NCBI GenBank assembly: GCA_964591795.1
Contig: CAZQEL010000001.1
Coordinates: forward strand, 52,779-84,778
DNA length: 32,000 bases
Direction: 5' to 3'
Source: an uncultured archaeon
GTDB lineage: Archaea > Iainarchaeota > Iainarchaeia > Iainarchaeales > CSSED10-239
Shown here: positions 8,725-20,300 of the stretch, one piece after another
Layout: every line of letters starts with the position of its first letter
Position numbering within the stretch: the first letter of the stretch is position 1
Notes under the pieces: generated by a model
The model's input: the letters and a program-made list of their open reading frames with translations, nothing else
Database searches by the model: none
Told to the model about the DNA's origin: nothing
Made by a program: the position numbers and the translations under genes

Positions 8725-11700
8725 TTATTTATATGAACAACATGGTTCATAAACCCCATGACTTGTATTTGAACATGCATTAAAAGTTGCAAACACTTTT
8801 CCAGTTTCAATTTGACAACCTCTTGCTCTATCAGTTCCATCACATCTATAGACATATTTATCTCCATTTGGTTTAATACTAAATGAAGCATCACAAGTCT
8901 CACTTGTGTTATCCAGAACTTCTAATAAATTTAAAGCAACAGCAGCTTCATTTTTATAAACGTCTAAATTATCTTGTAATTTAGATGATGTATTAAATTT
9001 TGTTGCAGCATTGTTATATGCCCCCATAGCACTATTCCAAGAATTTTCAGTATATTCTGACGCACTATAATTAGTGCCTGAAAAAGACATACTTTCTGCG
9101 CTTGCAAGAACTATTTCAACAGCATCAAAAGTCTGAGCAGCAGGGGATTTACTCACAAGTTTTGCAATCAAACTATTTAATTCAGTATTCTCTGCAACAG
9201 TAATACTTTCTTTATCTTTTAAAGAATTTGCCTTAGTAGCAAATGCAATCCAATTATTATCTGCTTCATAACTAGCAGCTAAATAACTAGTTCCATTAAC
9301 ACTATACCCATCAGTAACAACATCTACTGTATATGTACTTGAATTATTTGGTGTTACTGGATCAGTTGAAGGATAATCTGATTTAAATTTATCAAAAGCT
9401 GATTTTAATGAATCATAAGCAGAATCTCTTACTGCAATATCAGTACCTGCTAAAGCGTCTTTTAGTTTTTGATTTAATTCATTTAAATCTATCCAATCTT
9501 TATATTCTGAAGAAGTAGAATTTGTAAAAACTAATTCACCATTCTTTCTTATAGTAGTAGGGCTAGTATAAGTTTCAACAAATGTATCAACTTTTTTTAC
9601 TAACGCCTTTTCATCAATATTTTGAGGATTTGATGTTACTGAATTAACTCCAGAAGCATCACTATTTTTAAGTGCAGTTTCAAGTGCTACACTAGCTTCT
9701 TTAATTTCCCCCTTATCTCCAGTTGCAATTGCAGTTTTTAAAAAAGCTGCAGCAGCAATAACTTTTGAATCTGTACTTTTTTCTACACTATCAAGTAAAC
9801 TTTGAGCCTTATCTTTACTTGATGAAAACAACTTACCTTGCAAAAGAGCAGATAAAGTTCCAGATAATAATCCGTCTCTTAAAAAAGAAACAAAAGCCAT
9901 TTGCCACTTAGCATTATCAGCAACTTTGAATGTTCCGTTAACTTCTGTACCATAACATAAATTGATTATGTTTGTAGTATCATAGGCAGCAGCATTCATC
10001 ATAAGGCCTGTATTTTCAGAATAATCTGATCTATATAAATCAAACTCATATCTTTCAAGATCAATACAATAATCTTGAGGTCTTACATAAACTTTTATTT
10101 TTTTAATTAAATTTTCTGTTTGTCTAGAGTCAGTCATACCACTGTATACATTTAAGATATATGCACCAGGTGTAGCACCCATAGATTTCACAGTAACATT
10201 TTCACTTGTGCCTGATGCAGGAACTGTAATTTCGTTTCTAGGAGTTACAATTAAACCCTTACAATCATCACATGAAAGTCTATAGGTTATATCAGTAGGA
10301 CATGCTTTATTTTCAATAGTAAATTCATCAGCAATTTGTCCAACATTTAAAGTGTTCTTTGAAAATACAGCACAATCTCTAAGATTTGTAACATCAATTT
10401 CAAATGCAACTTCAGTTAATAATTCTTGGTTTCCTGTTCCAGTACTGTTTAAAGATCTAAATTGAATTGTTCCTTTTACAGTTCCTTTCATTCTACCAAT
10501 TGGTTCGTATTTTAAAATAACAGGATAACTTCTATCTCTGTCAAAAGTATCTAAAAGATTTCTATAGTTACCATGTGTAAGTTCTACAAATCTATTATCT
10601 ATACTAACTACAAATTTACCTTGAGGATTAGATTCAAACAGAACTCTTGCTTCAAGACCACCTGATAAAGGCATATTCTTTCCGTTAATTGTACAAGTGT
10701 TATTAATCATAAATGTAGTTTCAACTGGTTTATCTAAAGATACTTCTTTCCAGAAAGTATTAGATACTGCAAGACAATTTGCATTATCAAGCATTCCATC
10801 AAATCCAATATTAATTGTTATTGGTATTTCAGTAACCCATTTATTATCTCCACTTGCAAGAACAATACTAAGTCTTGATGATAAGTTTTGAACTTCACTA
10901 ATTGTTTCTGCTCTAGGATTTAAACTTATTTTTAATGGTATTTGTTTTGAAGAATCTGTGTTATCAGGAAAATCTGAAAGTGTATCAAATCCTTTCACAA
11001 CAGTTCCCACACTATTTAATAAATCATTATTTATGCTTAAAACATCTACAACAGTTAAATTTTTACCTTTTATTTCTAAACTTTCAATTGTTAAGTCAAT
11101 TGGTGAAATATTACTTATTGTAAAGTTTTCTGTTTTTTGTTTTTCATTAAATATATTTAATGAATATGCTAATTTTTTAGGTGTTATTTTAAATAATTTA
11201 TCTGTTGCTTTCATATCTGTAATACTTGTTTCGTATTCAGGAGAAGTAACATAAACATATATAACATCATTTGGGCCTTGTGCAGGGATTTGACTAACTG
11301 TAATTTCTCCTGTTACAGGTATTGGTAATGGACCTTTAATAATGTCTTTAAATTTATCTTTAATAGTTACAGTAGCATCTCTTACTGGAAGTAAAGTTGA
11401 TGCATCTTTTTCTTTAATCAATAAATTAAAATTTTTACCTGATGGAATTATTTGTGGATCAACTGTAACTTTGAATGTTTTATCAGAAGACACATCAATA
11501 AATAATTGATTTACAAATTTAATTTTTTGATCAGAAATAAACTTAATTGAAAGATTTCTAGTACCTTTAAGTTTAGGCATAAATGTTATTTCACCAGTAA
11601 CTTTTTGTCTTTGTAAAAGTTGAGTTATACCAATATCAAACTCATAGGCAATTGGATTACTTTCCTCATATACTCCACCATTAGGTAGTATTATTTTTAT

Positions 11701-14313
11701 GTTTTTAAAATCAAGTCCTTCATCTATATTTTCTAATATAAATCTTGAAGATAAATATCTTGATTCTGGTGAATTATTTGTTAATGTAAAAGTATATTTA
11801 TATTTTTTATTTGGTTTTGCTCCAAAACCATCTGTTACTTCATATCTTAAATCATCTAAAGTGTCAACTATATTTGAAGAAAAACAAAAATCTGTTGAAC
11901 AAATAAGTTCGTCACCAACACCATAGGTCATACTTTCATAAACATCATAGTATTCTACATTTTCATTAGGACCTAAATACTCACTGTATGTTTCATAATC
12001 ATCATTATTATTAAAACCATAACCTAATGCAAATATTTTAATTTCCTCACCAAATGCAGCAATATCTTTAACATTTATTGTTGCTGCAATTTCATATGAG
12101 TTATAGAAACCTAATATTCCAGAATAATCTATAGGTCCTTTTTTTAAAGTTGCTTGAACCCATTTAGAATTACCTTCAGTTGAACTATCATCATCACTAA
12201 AACCTTCACTTTCATGAGGAGCATTTAAATTAAATTGTGTATATTTTAAAACACTATCAATATATGGTACATCAATATTTTTAATGAAAATATTATCATT
12301 TTCAATCATTGAACTTGTACCTGTTCTTAACATAAAACCAATTTCATCAAAACTATCGTCACCAGTTCTATTTTGTGGAACTAAAAAATTGTATCTAACT
12401 TCATAGTCAGTACCTGCTGTAAGATTATCTTTAACTTCTTGCCCTTCTTTATATATTCCTACAAAAACCATTCTTGGTTTTGTGTTAGAACTATTTTGAC
12501 TAAATAAAGTTACATTTAATTCTGCATTGTTAGTTGCAGTTACTCTTATAAATCTTGATTGAGTTTTACCATAATCTCCTTCTATTCCAGGAGAAGCCAC
12601 AACATAATAATCGTTATCAGCATCAAGGAAAAATTCCATAGTTCCTTGTGAGTTTGTAAGTTCGCTTTTTATTGGTATTGCTGGCATAAAATTATAATAA
12701 CTAAATCTATCATATACATCTACTCTTGCATATGGTACTGGGTTATCATCTTTATCAACAACAGTTACCTTAAGAGAACTTTCATTTATTCCCATTGGAA
12801 TATTTATAACACCTGTATTATTAGGGTATTTAACATTAAATTCAAATTCTGCAGATTCTCCAACAGTACTTCCTTTAACAGCTTTTGCTATATATTTACC
12901 TGATGAAATATCAATTACAACATTACCATCATAATTAGCTAATGCTGGTTTATAGTCAGTTAAAAATCCAGTTTCTGCATCATATAAAACAACTTTTGCA
13001 AATTTAAAACCTTTACCATCCCAAGTTATAACTCTTACATTTAAAGGTTGTAAAGTAGCTGGTGTTATTAAAGTTAATGGAATAACAATAGGATTTGATG
13101 GAATTGTACTACTTGCAAACACAAGTTTTCTTTGGATTAAATAACCCTCAGCATCAACAACTACGTTATAATCTCTAATTTCAGGAACTGTAAAAAGCAC
13201 ATATCCATTAACATCTGAATATTTAGTTTCAATAACATTATTTATTTCAGATTTTAAACTTACTTCAGCATTTGAAATTGAAACATTTGAACCAATTATT
13301 CTAACTGAAATATATCCTTTAACATCTGAATTTAAAACTATATTTTTAGTTGAACTTTCTGATAAATAATATGTTTGAGATTGAGATGAATAAATTGGAA
13401 TTATTCTAACATCTGAAAAGTTTGCTATATACTCACCAGAAGCTAAATTTTCAATAGTACAATTTCCTGTACTTGATGTTGTACATGTATCAATTGTACC
13501 AAAATTATTTGTTAAATTAATTTTAATATTTGATAGGGTTGCACCTAAACTATTAGCTACATTAAAAACTAATTTTAAGTCATCAGTGTCTCCAAAATTA
13601 ATTTCTTGAGGATCAAGAATAATTGTTGAAGTATTATCATTTATTGCAAAGTTATATTTAGATAAATAACCATCAAAAGTTATTGAATCAATTGTAAGTG
13701 TACATTCAGGAGATGCATCCACTACAATTAAACCATTTGAAAATGATTTAGGACTAGGTGCAATTACACTATTTAAACATTTAAAAGAAACTGAACCTGA
13801 TTTATTAACTACTTGATTTGTTTGTGAATCAATAGCACTAAAAGAATAGCTAACTGTTTCTGGAGTTAATCTTATTGGTTCTAAAGCAAGAGTTACGGTT
13901 TCATCATTATCTTCAGAAAAGAAAAATTCGTTAAATGTATCATAACCATCTTCTGCAATATCTATCTGATAAGATGAATTTTTTAGGACTCTAAACTCAT
14001 CAGTTAAACCATCAGCATTAGTGTTTATGCTTGTCATGTCATTTGTTGTAGTAACAACTAACGACAGATTTTCTAAAAAGGTACCACTTTCTGCATCAAT
14101 TACCTTAAATTGAATACTTACAGAATCACCAGCTCCTCCATTAGGGACAATTAGTAAGATTAATCCTGCAATTAAAATAACCATCAAAAGAATACACAAA
14201 ACAAAAGAAGGCATAACCTTATCTATTTTATCAGTAACTTTATATATTCCGGTTTTTTCTACAAAATCATAGTATTTATCTTCTAAATAATAGTAAAATT
14301 TTTTTAGTCCCAT
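8725..14313 (-). CDS. Giant N-terminally anchored surface protein, paralog C, with CarboxypepD_reg/PEGA-like repeats and a Cys-knot C-terminus
   Basis: 1862-aa ORF, far too long to be open by chance in AT-rich DNA. ATG at 14313 with GAGGT 8 nt upstream; TAA stop. N-terminus MGLKKFYYYLEDKYYDFVEK... followed by the TM helix FVLCILLMVILIAGLILLIV. Confidence 0.95.
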   Translation of the reverse strand: MGLKKFYYYLEDKYYDFVEKTGIYKVTDKIDKVMPSFVLCILLMVILIAGLILLIVPNGGAGDSVSIQFKVIDAESGTFLENLSLVVTTTNDMTSINTNADGLTDEFRVLKNSSYQIDIAEDGYDTFNEFFFSEDNDETVTLALEPIRLTPETVSYSFSAIDSQTNQVVNKSGSVSFKCLNSVIAPSPKSFSNGLIVVDASPECTLTIDSITFDGYLSKYNFAINDNTSTIILDPQEINFGDTDDLKLVFNVANSLGATLSNIKINLTNNFGTIDTCTTSSTGNCTIENLASGEYIANFSDVRIIPIYSSQSQTYYLSESSTKNIVLNSDVKGYISVRIIGSNVSISNAEVSLKSEINNVIETKYSDVNGYVLFTVPEIRDYNVVVDAEGYLIQRKLVFASSTIPSNPIVIPLTLITPATLQPLNVRVITWDGKGFKFAKVVLYDAETGFLTDYKPALANYDGNVVIDISSGKYIAKAVKGSTVGESAEFEFNVKYPNNTGVINIPMGINESSLKVTVVDKDDNPVPYARVDVYDRFSYYNFMPAIPIKSELTNSQGTMEFFLDADNDYYVVASPGIEGDYGKTQSRFIRVTATNNAELNVTLFSQNSSNTKPRMVFVGIYKEGQEVKDNLTAGTDYEVRYNFLVPQNRTGDDSFDEIGFMLRTGTSSMIENDNIFIKNIDVPYIDSVLKYTQFNLNAPHESEGFSDDDSSTEGNSKWVQATLKKGPIDYSGILGFYNSYEIAATINVKDIAAFGEEIKIFALGYGFNNNDDYETYSEYLGPNENVEYYDVYESMTYGVGDELICSTDFCFSSNIVDTLDDLRYEVTDGFGAKPNKKYKYTFTLTNNSPESRYLSSRFILENIDEGLDFKNIKIILPNGGVYEESNPIAYEFDIGITQLLQRQKVTGEITFMPKLKGTRNLSIKFISDQKIKFVNQLFIDVSSDKTFKVTVDPQIIPSGKNFNLLIKEKDASTLLPVRDATVTIKDKFKDIIKGPLPIPVTGEITVSQIPAQGPNDVIYVYVTSPEYETSITDMKATDKLFKITPKKLAYSLNIFNEKQKTENFTISNISPIDLTIESLEIKGKNLTVVDVLSINNDLLNSVGTVVKGFDTLSDFPDNTDSSKQIPLKISLNPRAETISEVQNLSSRLSIVLASGDNKWVTEIPITINIGFDGMLDNANCLAVSNTFWKEVSLDKPVETTFMINNTCTINGKNMPLSGGLEARVLFESNPQGKFVVSIDNRFVELTHGNYRNLLDTFDRDRSYPVILKYEPIGRMKGTVKGTIQFRSLNSTGTGNQELLTEVAFEIDVTNLRDCAVFSKNTLNVGQIADEFTIENKACPTDITYRLSCDDCKGLIVTPRNEITVPASGTSENVTVKSMGATPGAYILNVYSGMTDSRQTENLIKKIKVYVRPQDYCIDLERYEFDLYRSDYSENTGLMMNAAAYDTTNIINLCYGTEVNGTFKVADNAKWQMAFVSFLRDGLLSGTLSALLQGKLFSSSKDKAQSLLDSVEKSTDSKVIAAAAFLKTAIATGDKGEIKEASVALETALKNSDASGVNSVTSNPQNIDEKALVKKVDTFVETYTSPTTIRKNGELVFTNSTSSEYKDWIDLNELNQKLKDALAGTDIAVRDSAYDSLKSAFDKFKSDYPSTDPVTPNNSSTYTVDVVTDGYSVNGTSYLAASYEADNNWIAFATKANSLKDKESITVAENTELNSLIAKLVSKSPAAQTFDAVEIVLASAESMSFSGTNYSASEYTENSWNSAMGAYNNAATKFNTSSKLQDNLDVYKNEAAVALNLLEVLDNTSETCDASFSIKPNGDKYVYRCDGTDRARGCQIETGKVFATFNACSNTSHGVYEPCCSYK
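12499..14130 (-). other. Protein-level array of CarboxypepD_reg/PEGA-like repeats in C (residues ~62-605)
   Basis: Examples: LKVTVVDKDDNPVPYARVDVYDRFS...TNSQGTMEFFLDADNDYYVVASPG and LNVRVITWDGKGFKFAKVVLYDAETGFLTDYKPALANYDGNVVIDISSGKYIAKAV. Confidence 0.6.
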
Positions 14314-14321
14314 ATTTTTTA

Positions 14322-14326
14322 ACCTC
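14322..14326 (-). promoter_or_regulatory. Shine-Dalgarno GAGGT for gene C
   Basis: Minus strand reads TTTACGAGGTTAAAAAATATG, with an 8-nt spacer. Confidence 0.55.
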
Positions 14327-14353
14327 GTAAACTCTTTAAATATTATTATTCAT

Positions 14354-17300
14354 TTAATTATTTTTAAAGTTATCTGGATTATGCCATAATTTTATTTCTG
14401 AAGAATCTGACATAAAACATACGTTATTATTTTTAATTTCATTAAATACTTGTGTCATATTATTATATGTTAATCTTGGAGACACATTATTCATATTTAA
14501 ATTATATATTGTAAATTGATTATCATTATTTGTTGTTGCTGCGAAAACCTTTGTATATTGTGTAAACTTAGGATTTGCATATATTGTTACTTTTTGATTT
14601 GTGTTATCAGAAAGTAAGAATAATTTTGATGCAACATCTAAAGATGCAATCTCAGTATTATTTTCAGATACTTCTATAAGTTTTAAAGCATAGTTCTTAC
14701 TAAAGTAAAATGGTCTTGAATTTGTAAAATTATAATTTACCATATCCTTTAATGTAAATATATAACCTTCTTGTAAACTTGACCAGTTATCAGTAGTATA
14801 AGTTGTTTTAATATACTCTGGTAAATATGGAGCTCTTAACACATTTAAAGATTTTTGATAATCTGGATTAATTGGCATATAGAATAAAATATTTTGTTTA
14901 TAATCGTCAGAAATTCCATTTACTAAATCACCAATAGTTATTGATACATTATTATCATTTATATTTAAAAGCTTTACTATATAAGTACCAGGAACTAAAA
15001 TATTTTTATCTTCTGTATACTCAAAATCATATTTTTTATATATATTATTATTATATTTAATTAATATTTTATTATTATATTCTTCTTTAGTTTGTGAAAA
15101 CTTCTTAAGATTAGAAGTAAACACTTGTGGTGATGCACCAAAGTAAACTTCCATATCTGAGTATAATGCAACTTTGTCTTCACTTGTTAAGCCTAAGTCA
15201 TTATAATTATCTAAGAAATATTTAACTGTAGTATAATTATAACCTCCAAGTGAAATTATATTACTACCATTTACGGTTAATTTATGTGTTTTAATTATTG
15301 TAATTTCTTTTAGTTCATCAGGAATATTATTTAATAATGATTCTGCAGAAGTAACATATGCATTTATAGAATTGTCACCTTTTGAGAATGCATCACAAAC
15401 ACCATCACATAAATTAACTTTGATTGGGTTTACTTTAATTGTATTATTTGCAATTTCAAAATAAATATCTCCAAGTTTAACAAAGTTAGTTGTGTTACTT
15501 AAATCATCTAAACCATTTGCTTTAAATTTAAGATAATCATAGAATTGTTCTTGATCACAATAATACTCATTACAAGTGTTTCCAGTTATGTTTGAATATT
15601 CAAATAAGATTTTATCAAATCCATATTTTTCATAAGCTTTAGTACCTGTAAATCCATCTTGGTTTTCTGAAAGATCAGGAGCATTACATAAAATTAAATC
15701 TTGTGTATCTAGATCATCTGAATCTGCATTTGGATCAGAAGGTTCAATAAAACTAAGTTCATTAGTTGCAACTTTAGTATCAACACCAATGAAAGTATGC
15801 CCTTGTAAATAAGTTTTACTACTTTCTTCATTTATTGCCCATAATTCAAATTTTTCTTTGAAAAGATCATAAATTGGTAATTTTGAATTTATAACAAAAT
15901 CATTTTCAAATGCTTCAACTGGTCTTGTAAAACATAACTTGAATACATTTTTATTTCTAGTAACAAATTCAATACTTACTTTTAATGGATCATAGGTATC
16001 AGGTAAATAGAACAAACCAATATCTTTAATATGTGAAGTTTCTTTAATCCCAGTTATAGGGAAGTCCTTAACATAACCAAAGAAACATCTAGTTACTTCT
16101 GGTTCTTGATCTATTTGTTTAAATTTATTAAAAGCTAATTCTGCTTCTGGAACTTGTATGAATACAGCATTTCTTGCAGAATCTATTTTATAAGTTAATT
16201 TTACTGAAGTATCAACAAACTCTAATTCTTCATCAGTCATATCCTGATCGCCAGTGAATTCATTTAAAATATCCCAGTTATCTTTATTATCTAAAATTAA
16301 CCACTGAAAATTATCTGTAAGTTGCATACCAATATTATTATAAATTATTGATGATTGACCCTGTGGTGATTGAAGACCAACACTAAGTATAAACTTTAAA
16401 TTAACTGTATCTTCAACATCAATTAACATTCTTCTAAATGTTGAAACTAAACCAGCTGCAACTGAGTTTGTTTTATATTTATTTAAGTATTCTTTTGCAG
16501 AGATTGTTTTTGAAATTTCAGGATTTCTTCTTAATGCAATTTCCCAAACTTCAATTGGATCATTAGTTTTTAAATCTGTTAAATAATCAACCTTTATAGG
16601 TTGAATTCTACCTTGCATTTCTCCTACATTTAAGAAAGAAACACCATCAAAATTTAAATCCATTAAATCAAGATAATTAACTTCAACAAGTCTGTATCCT
16701 TCAGAAAAGCATGAGTTCATAACTTTTACAATTTGGTATTTAGGATCTACTATATTAGAAAAATCTAATTTTTGTGGAGTTACCTGTATACATTTTGAAG
16801 GCATAAAACTTATTGGCAATGTTACACTAACTGGAATTTTTCCAACTAATGAATAAGCAGTACTTGATGAAACTGATGGTTTTACTGAAACAGGAATATT
16901 AAAACTACCCATTTCTTCTCCACCCATTAAAAGAACTTCTTCTGAATCTCCTGGATTTAAAGAAAATTCAGCGTCACTTGTGATTGTAATTCCATAGTTA
17001 GGATCTAATTTTAAATCAACTGCTTCTAAACAATTATTTTTAATATATGTAGGTCTTACAGGACAATTCATATTATTTGTATTACCTTGTGCACCATAAT
17101 TTCCTTGAGGATAACCAGATGAAAAATTATAATTATTATTATAACCAGACATATTTTGAGCTTGACCAGTAGGATAATTATAGGGATTAACACTTGATGC
17201 TTGAGTACCAGTATAACCTGTTTGACCAACTAAATTATATTGAGGATAATTATATCCTTGTTGTTGAGTATAATACCCAGAACCCTGTTGATATTGATTA

Positions 17301-20300
17301 TTTCTATTATATTGATTATTCATATTATAACTTTGAGTAAAATTGTTTCCACCATAATATGGATTATTCATTTGGTTCATTTGTCCAAAATTGTTTTGAC
17401 CATGATATTGATTATACATTCCATATCCACCAAACCAGTTACATCCTAAAATTGGAACTGCTTGTTTTGGTATTTCTATACATGTTGAATAATCGTTAAC
17501 AATTACATTTGTTTTAAGAGAAGTTTCTACAACATCAACACCATTTATATTTCCTTTAGTTGATTTAAAATTAATTATTGGTGTTTCAACAGCAGAGTTA
17601 ATTTTATAAGCTTTAAATTTAAGTTGCATTGTAGTTTTTGAATTTCTAGGCAAACTAGAAATAACTAAAGTATCAACTAAATTTTCTAAAATTGCTTCTT
17701 TATTTGAAACTGATATAGAAAATGTACCTACTTCTGATTTATTTTTCCAATCTAAAGTTGCCATTATTTGTCCAAGATCTACTGGTCTTGAGTTAACAGT
17801 ACATTTATTTTCTAATGTAAAATCAAGAGTTGTTGCTTCATTTGATTTTGTTCTTAAAGTACCTTCAACTGGAAGTATCTTTAAACAATCAAGTGAATCC
17901 AGTGAATTACCTAAAACAATTCTAACTGTAACAGGTATTGTTACTGTCCAAATTTTATTAAGTTCAGTATTTTTAAATTTAATTAAAACATCAGTTTTAA
18001 ATGTTTCTTGAGTATAAAGATTAATACCTTTTTCTGTTAATGTAGCTGAAAGCTCAACATCTGCTTGAGATGCATTATCTATTAAACTATCAGTTAAATT
18101 AAATTTTAAATCAACATATTCACTAGCAGCTGTTTGTTCAATTGACATTACTGTTAATGGAACATATGTTTCATTAATTAAACTAAAATTATAAATTTCT
18201 TTAACATCTCTTGAAGCATCAAGAGTTAATGTTATTTCTTTAGGAACTGGAGTTATTAATTTATCATCAATTACAAGTTCAATATCTTGCATTCTATATT
18301 CATTTTTAGTTACAATTATTCTTAACACATCAGATACATTTGGAGCTGGTAAAATAAATCCAAATAATCCTTGATCATTTGTAACTCCTGTTTCAATAGT
18401 TTCGTTGTTTAATAAAATTGCAACATTTGCATTCTTCACTGAAACATTAGAATCATCACTAACAGATATCATCATATTATTAGTTAAGAAAGGAACTATT
18501 TTCCTAGGAACATATTCAATAGTCATTTTCTTTGCAGCTTTTATATCTATTAATATGCTTTTTGAAAATACTTCTTGTCCGTTTGAAACTACAGTAAAAT
18601 TAATTGTGTCTGAAACATCATCAACAACCTTAAAATTAACTTCACCTGTAACTAAATCGTTTGAAGTTAAGTTACCTAAACTAATTTCAGAAAAGTCATC
18701 ACTTCTAAGTATGCTTCCTGAAGAAGAATTAATTATATATTCTTTTAAAACAACTGAAGAACCAGTAGTTACTAAAAGAACTGCATCAGGAGCTATTTTT
18801 AAGTCCATCATATTAAGACTAAATGAAAGTCTATAATCGTTATTTATTTGAGCATTATATTTATCAACAATACTTTTTGATAAATTTGTTTGTGTATTAG
18901 TAATTATAAAACTATAACATAAAAGAGAAGTACATTGATTGTATGAACCAGTGAACAACTGAACTTGCTTTGATTGTGCATATAATGTTTGCTTTGTACT
19001 TGTTGAAACTAAAGAGGTATCAACTGGTGTTCTTACAACACTTGCACCCTTATAAAATTCAGCTCTATAATTTACTGCTTGATTTGTAAAAGCAGTATCA
19101 AGAACAATAATATCAGCTTCAATTAAATGACTTCCTAAAACTGGATTTTTAATAGTTAAATTAAACCATTTTGCATTTCTTAAAGTTTTGTTTGAAAAAT
19201 CAGTTGTTTGACCTAAACATGGTGTATAAGTTAATGAACCTAAAACATCAGATTTAGAATATCTAACATCTTTAATAAATAAATTATCTTCTGAAACATT
19301 ATAAGATCTTGTAGAACATAAAGGATTTGGTGTTTCTCCAGTTCTAATATGTGCAGTTACTTTTGAAAATGATTTTGTAACATTTAAAATAAATCTTGCA
19401 GTTACTTGTGCACCAGGAGCAACTGAATTAATTTTTTCTCCAGTAGCATCATAGAAACCTAAAAATTCAATTCCAGATGTATTTGAACTTCTTGGTAAAG
19501 TAAACTCTAAGTTTTTAACTTCACTTGCATCAATTGAATATCTTGGAGTAATAAATTGTGATTCAAAATTATCTATAGCAAAATAAACTTGTTTATCTGC
19601 TCTAATTTTTATTAAAGTAAAACCATCTTGGTTAGTTGTTGTTGTTTTATCATTAAGTATCATATCATTTGAAGAATCATAAACATATATGTTACCAGAA
19701 TAATTTTCTCCAAATTCTGATTTTAAAATTAAATTAAATGTTCCTTCTCCAATTACCATTTTAATTGTTTGTTCGTTAATTTCTTGTTCTGAAATTTTAA
19801 ATGGATTTGTATAATCAGAAGTAAATTTTCCTTTAACTGCATCAAGTTTATATGTTCTTTCAGTATCTAAATTTGTAACAATAACTTTACCATAAATATC
19901 AGCTGTCATTGTTTGAAGAACAATACCTTCATCAGCATCCCAAAGTCTAACTGTTGCAAAATCAACTGGACTTAATAATACATCTTTAACTGTAATTATT
20001 AAACTTCTAATATTTTCATTTGTAATTGGAACTAATGAAATTGGTTTAACATTATCATTTATTCTTAAATTATTTTCTGTTTTTAAAATATAACTTTCGT
20101 TATTGAAAACTACTTTATAAGAAATATTTTCCTCAACACCAAAAGACACTAAACCAGTATCATCAGTAGTTTCGGTTTTAATAACTACATTTCCTTTGTA
20201 CAAAGAAGTTGTAACATTTAAAACAGGTTCTTTTGTAATTGCATTAACAACTTTAAATTTAAGTTTACCAATGAATGCTTTTTCAATTAAAACTTCACTA

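Noticed and set aside
8721-8903. Minus-strand 60-aa ORF overlapping the 3' end of gene C in another frame
   Set aside because: It is fully nested in the region encoding the conserved six-Cys terminus of C. It has no RBS, and its sequence is low-information.
17240-17449. Plus-strand 69-aa ORF that looks like an Ile/Leu-rich membrane peptide
   Set aside because: It is the antisense reading of the Q/N/Y codon-repeat region of D. AAT/CAA/TAT-rich sense codons read as ATT/TTG/ATA on the other strand. It has no independent start context, so it is an artefact.
18405-18836. Plus-strand 143-aa ORF, the longest antisense ORF in the track
   Set aside because: It is entirely embedded antisense in the 2307-aa gene and starts at a TTG with no SD or promoter-like context. 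Its composition mirrors the sense strand. Long shadow ORFs opposite strongly codon-biased genes are expected.
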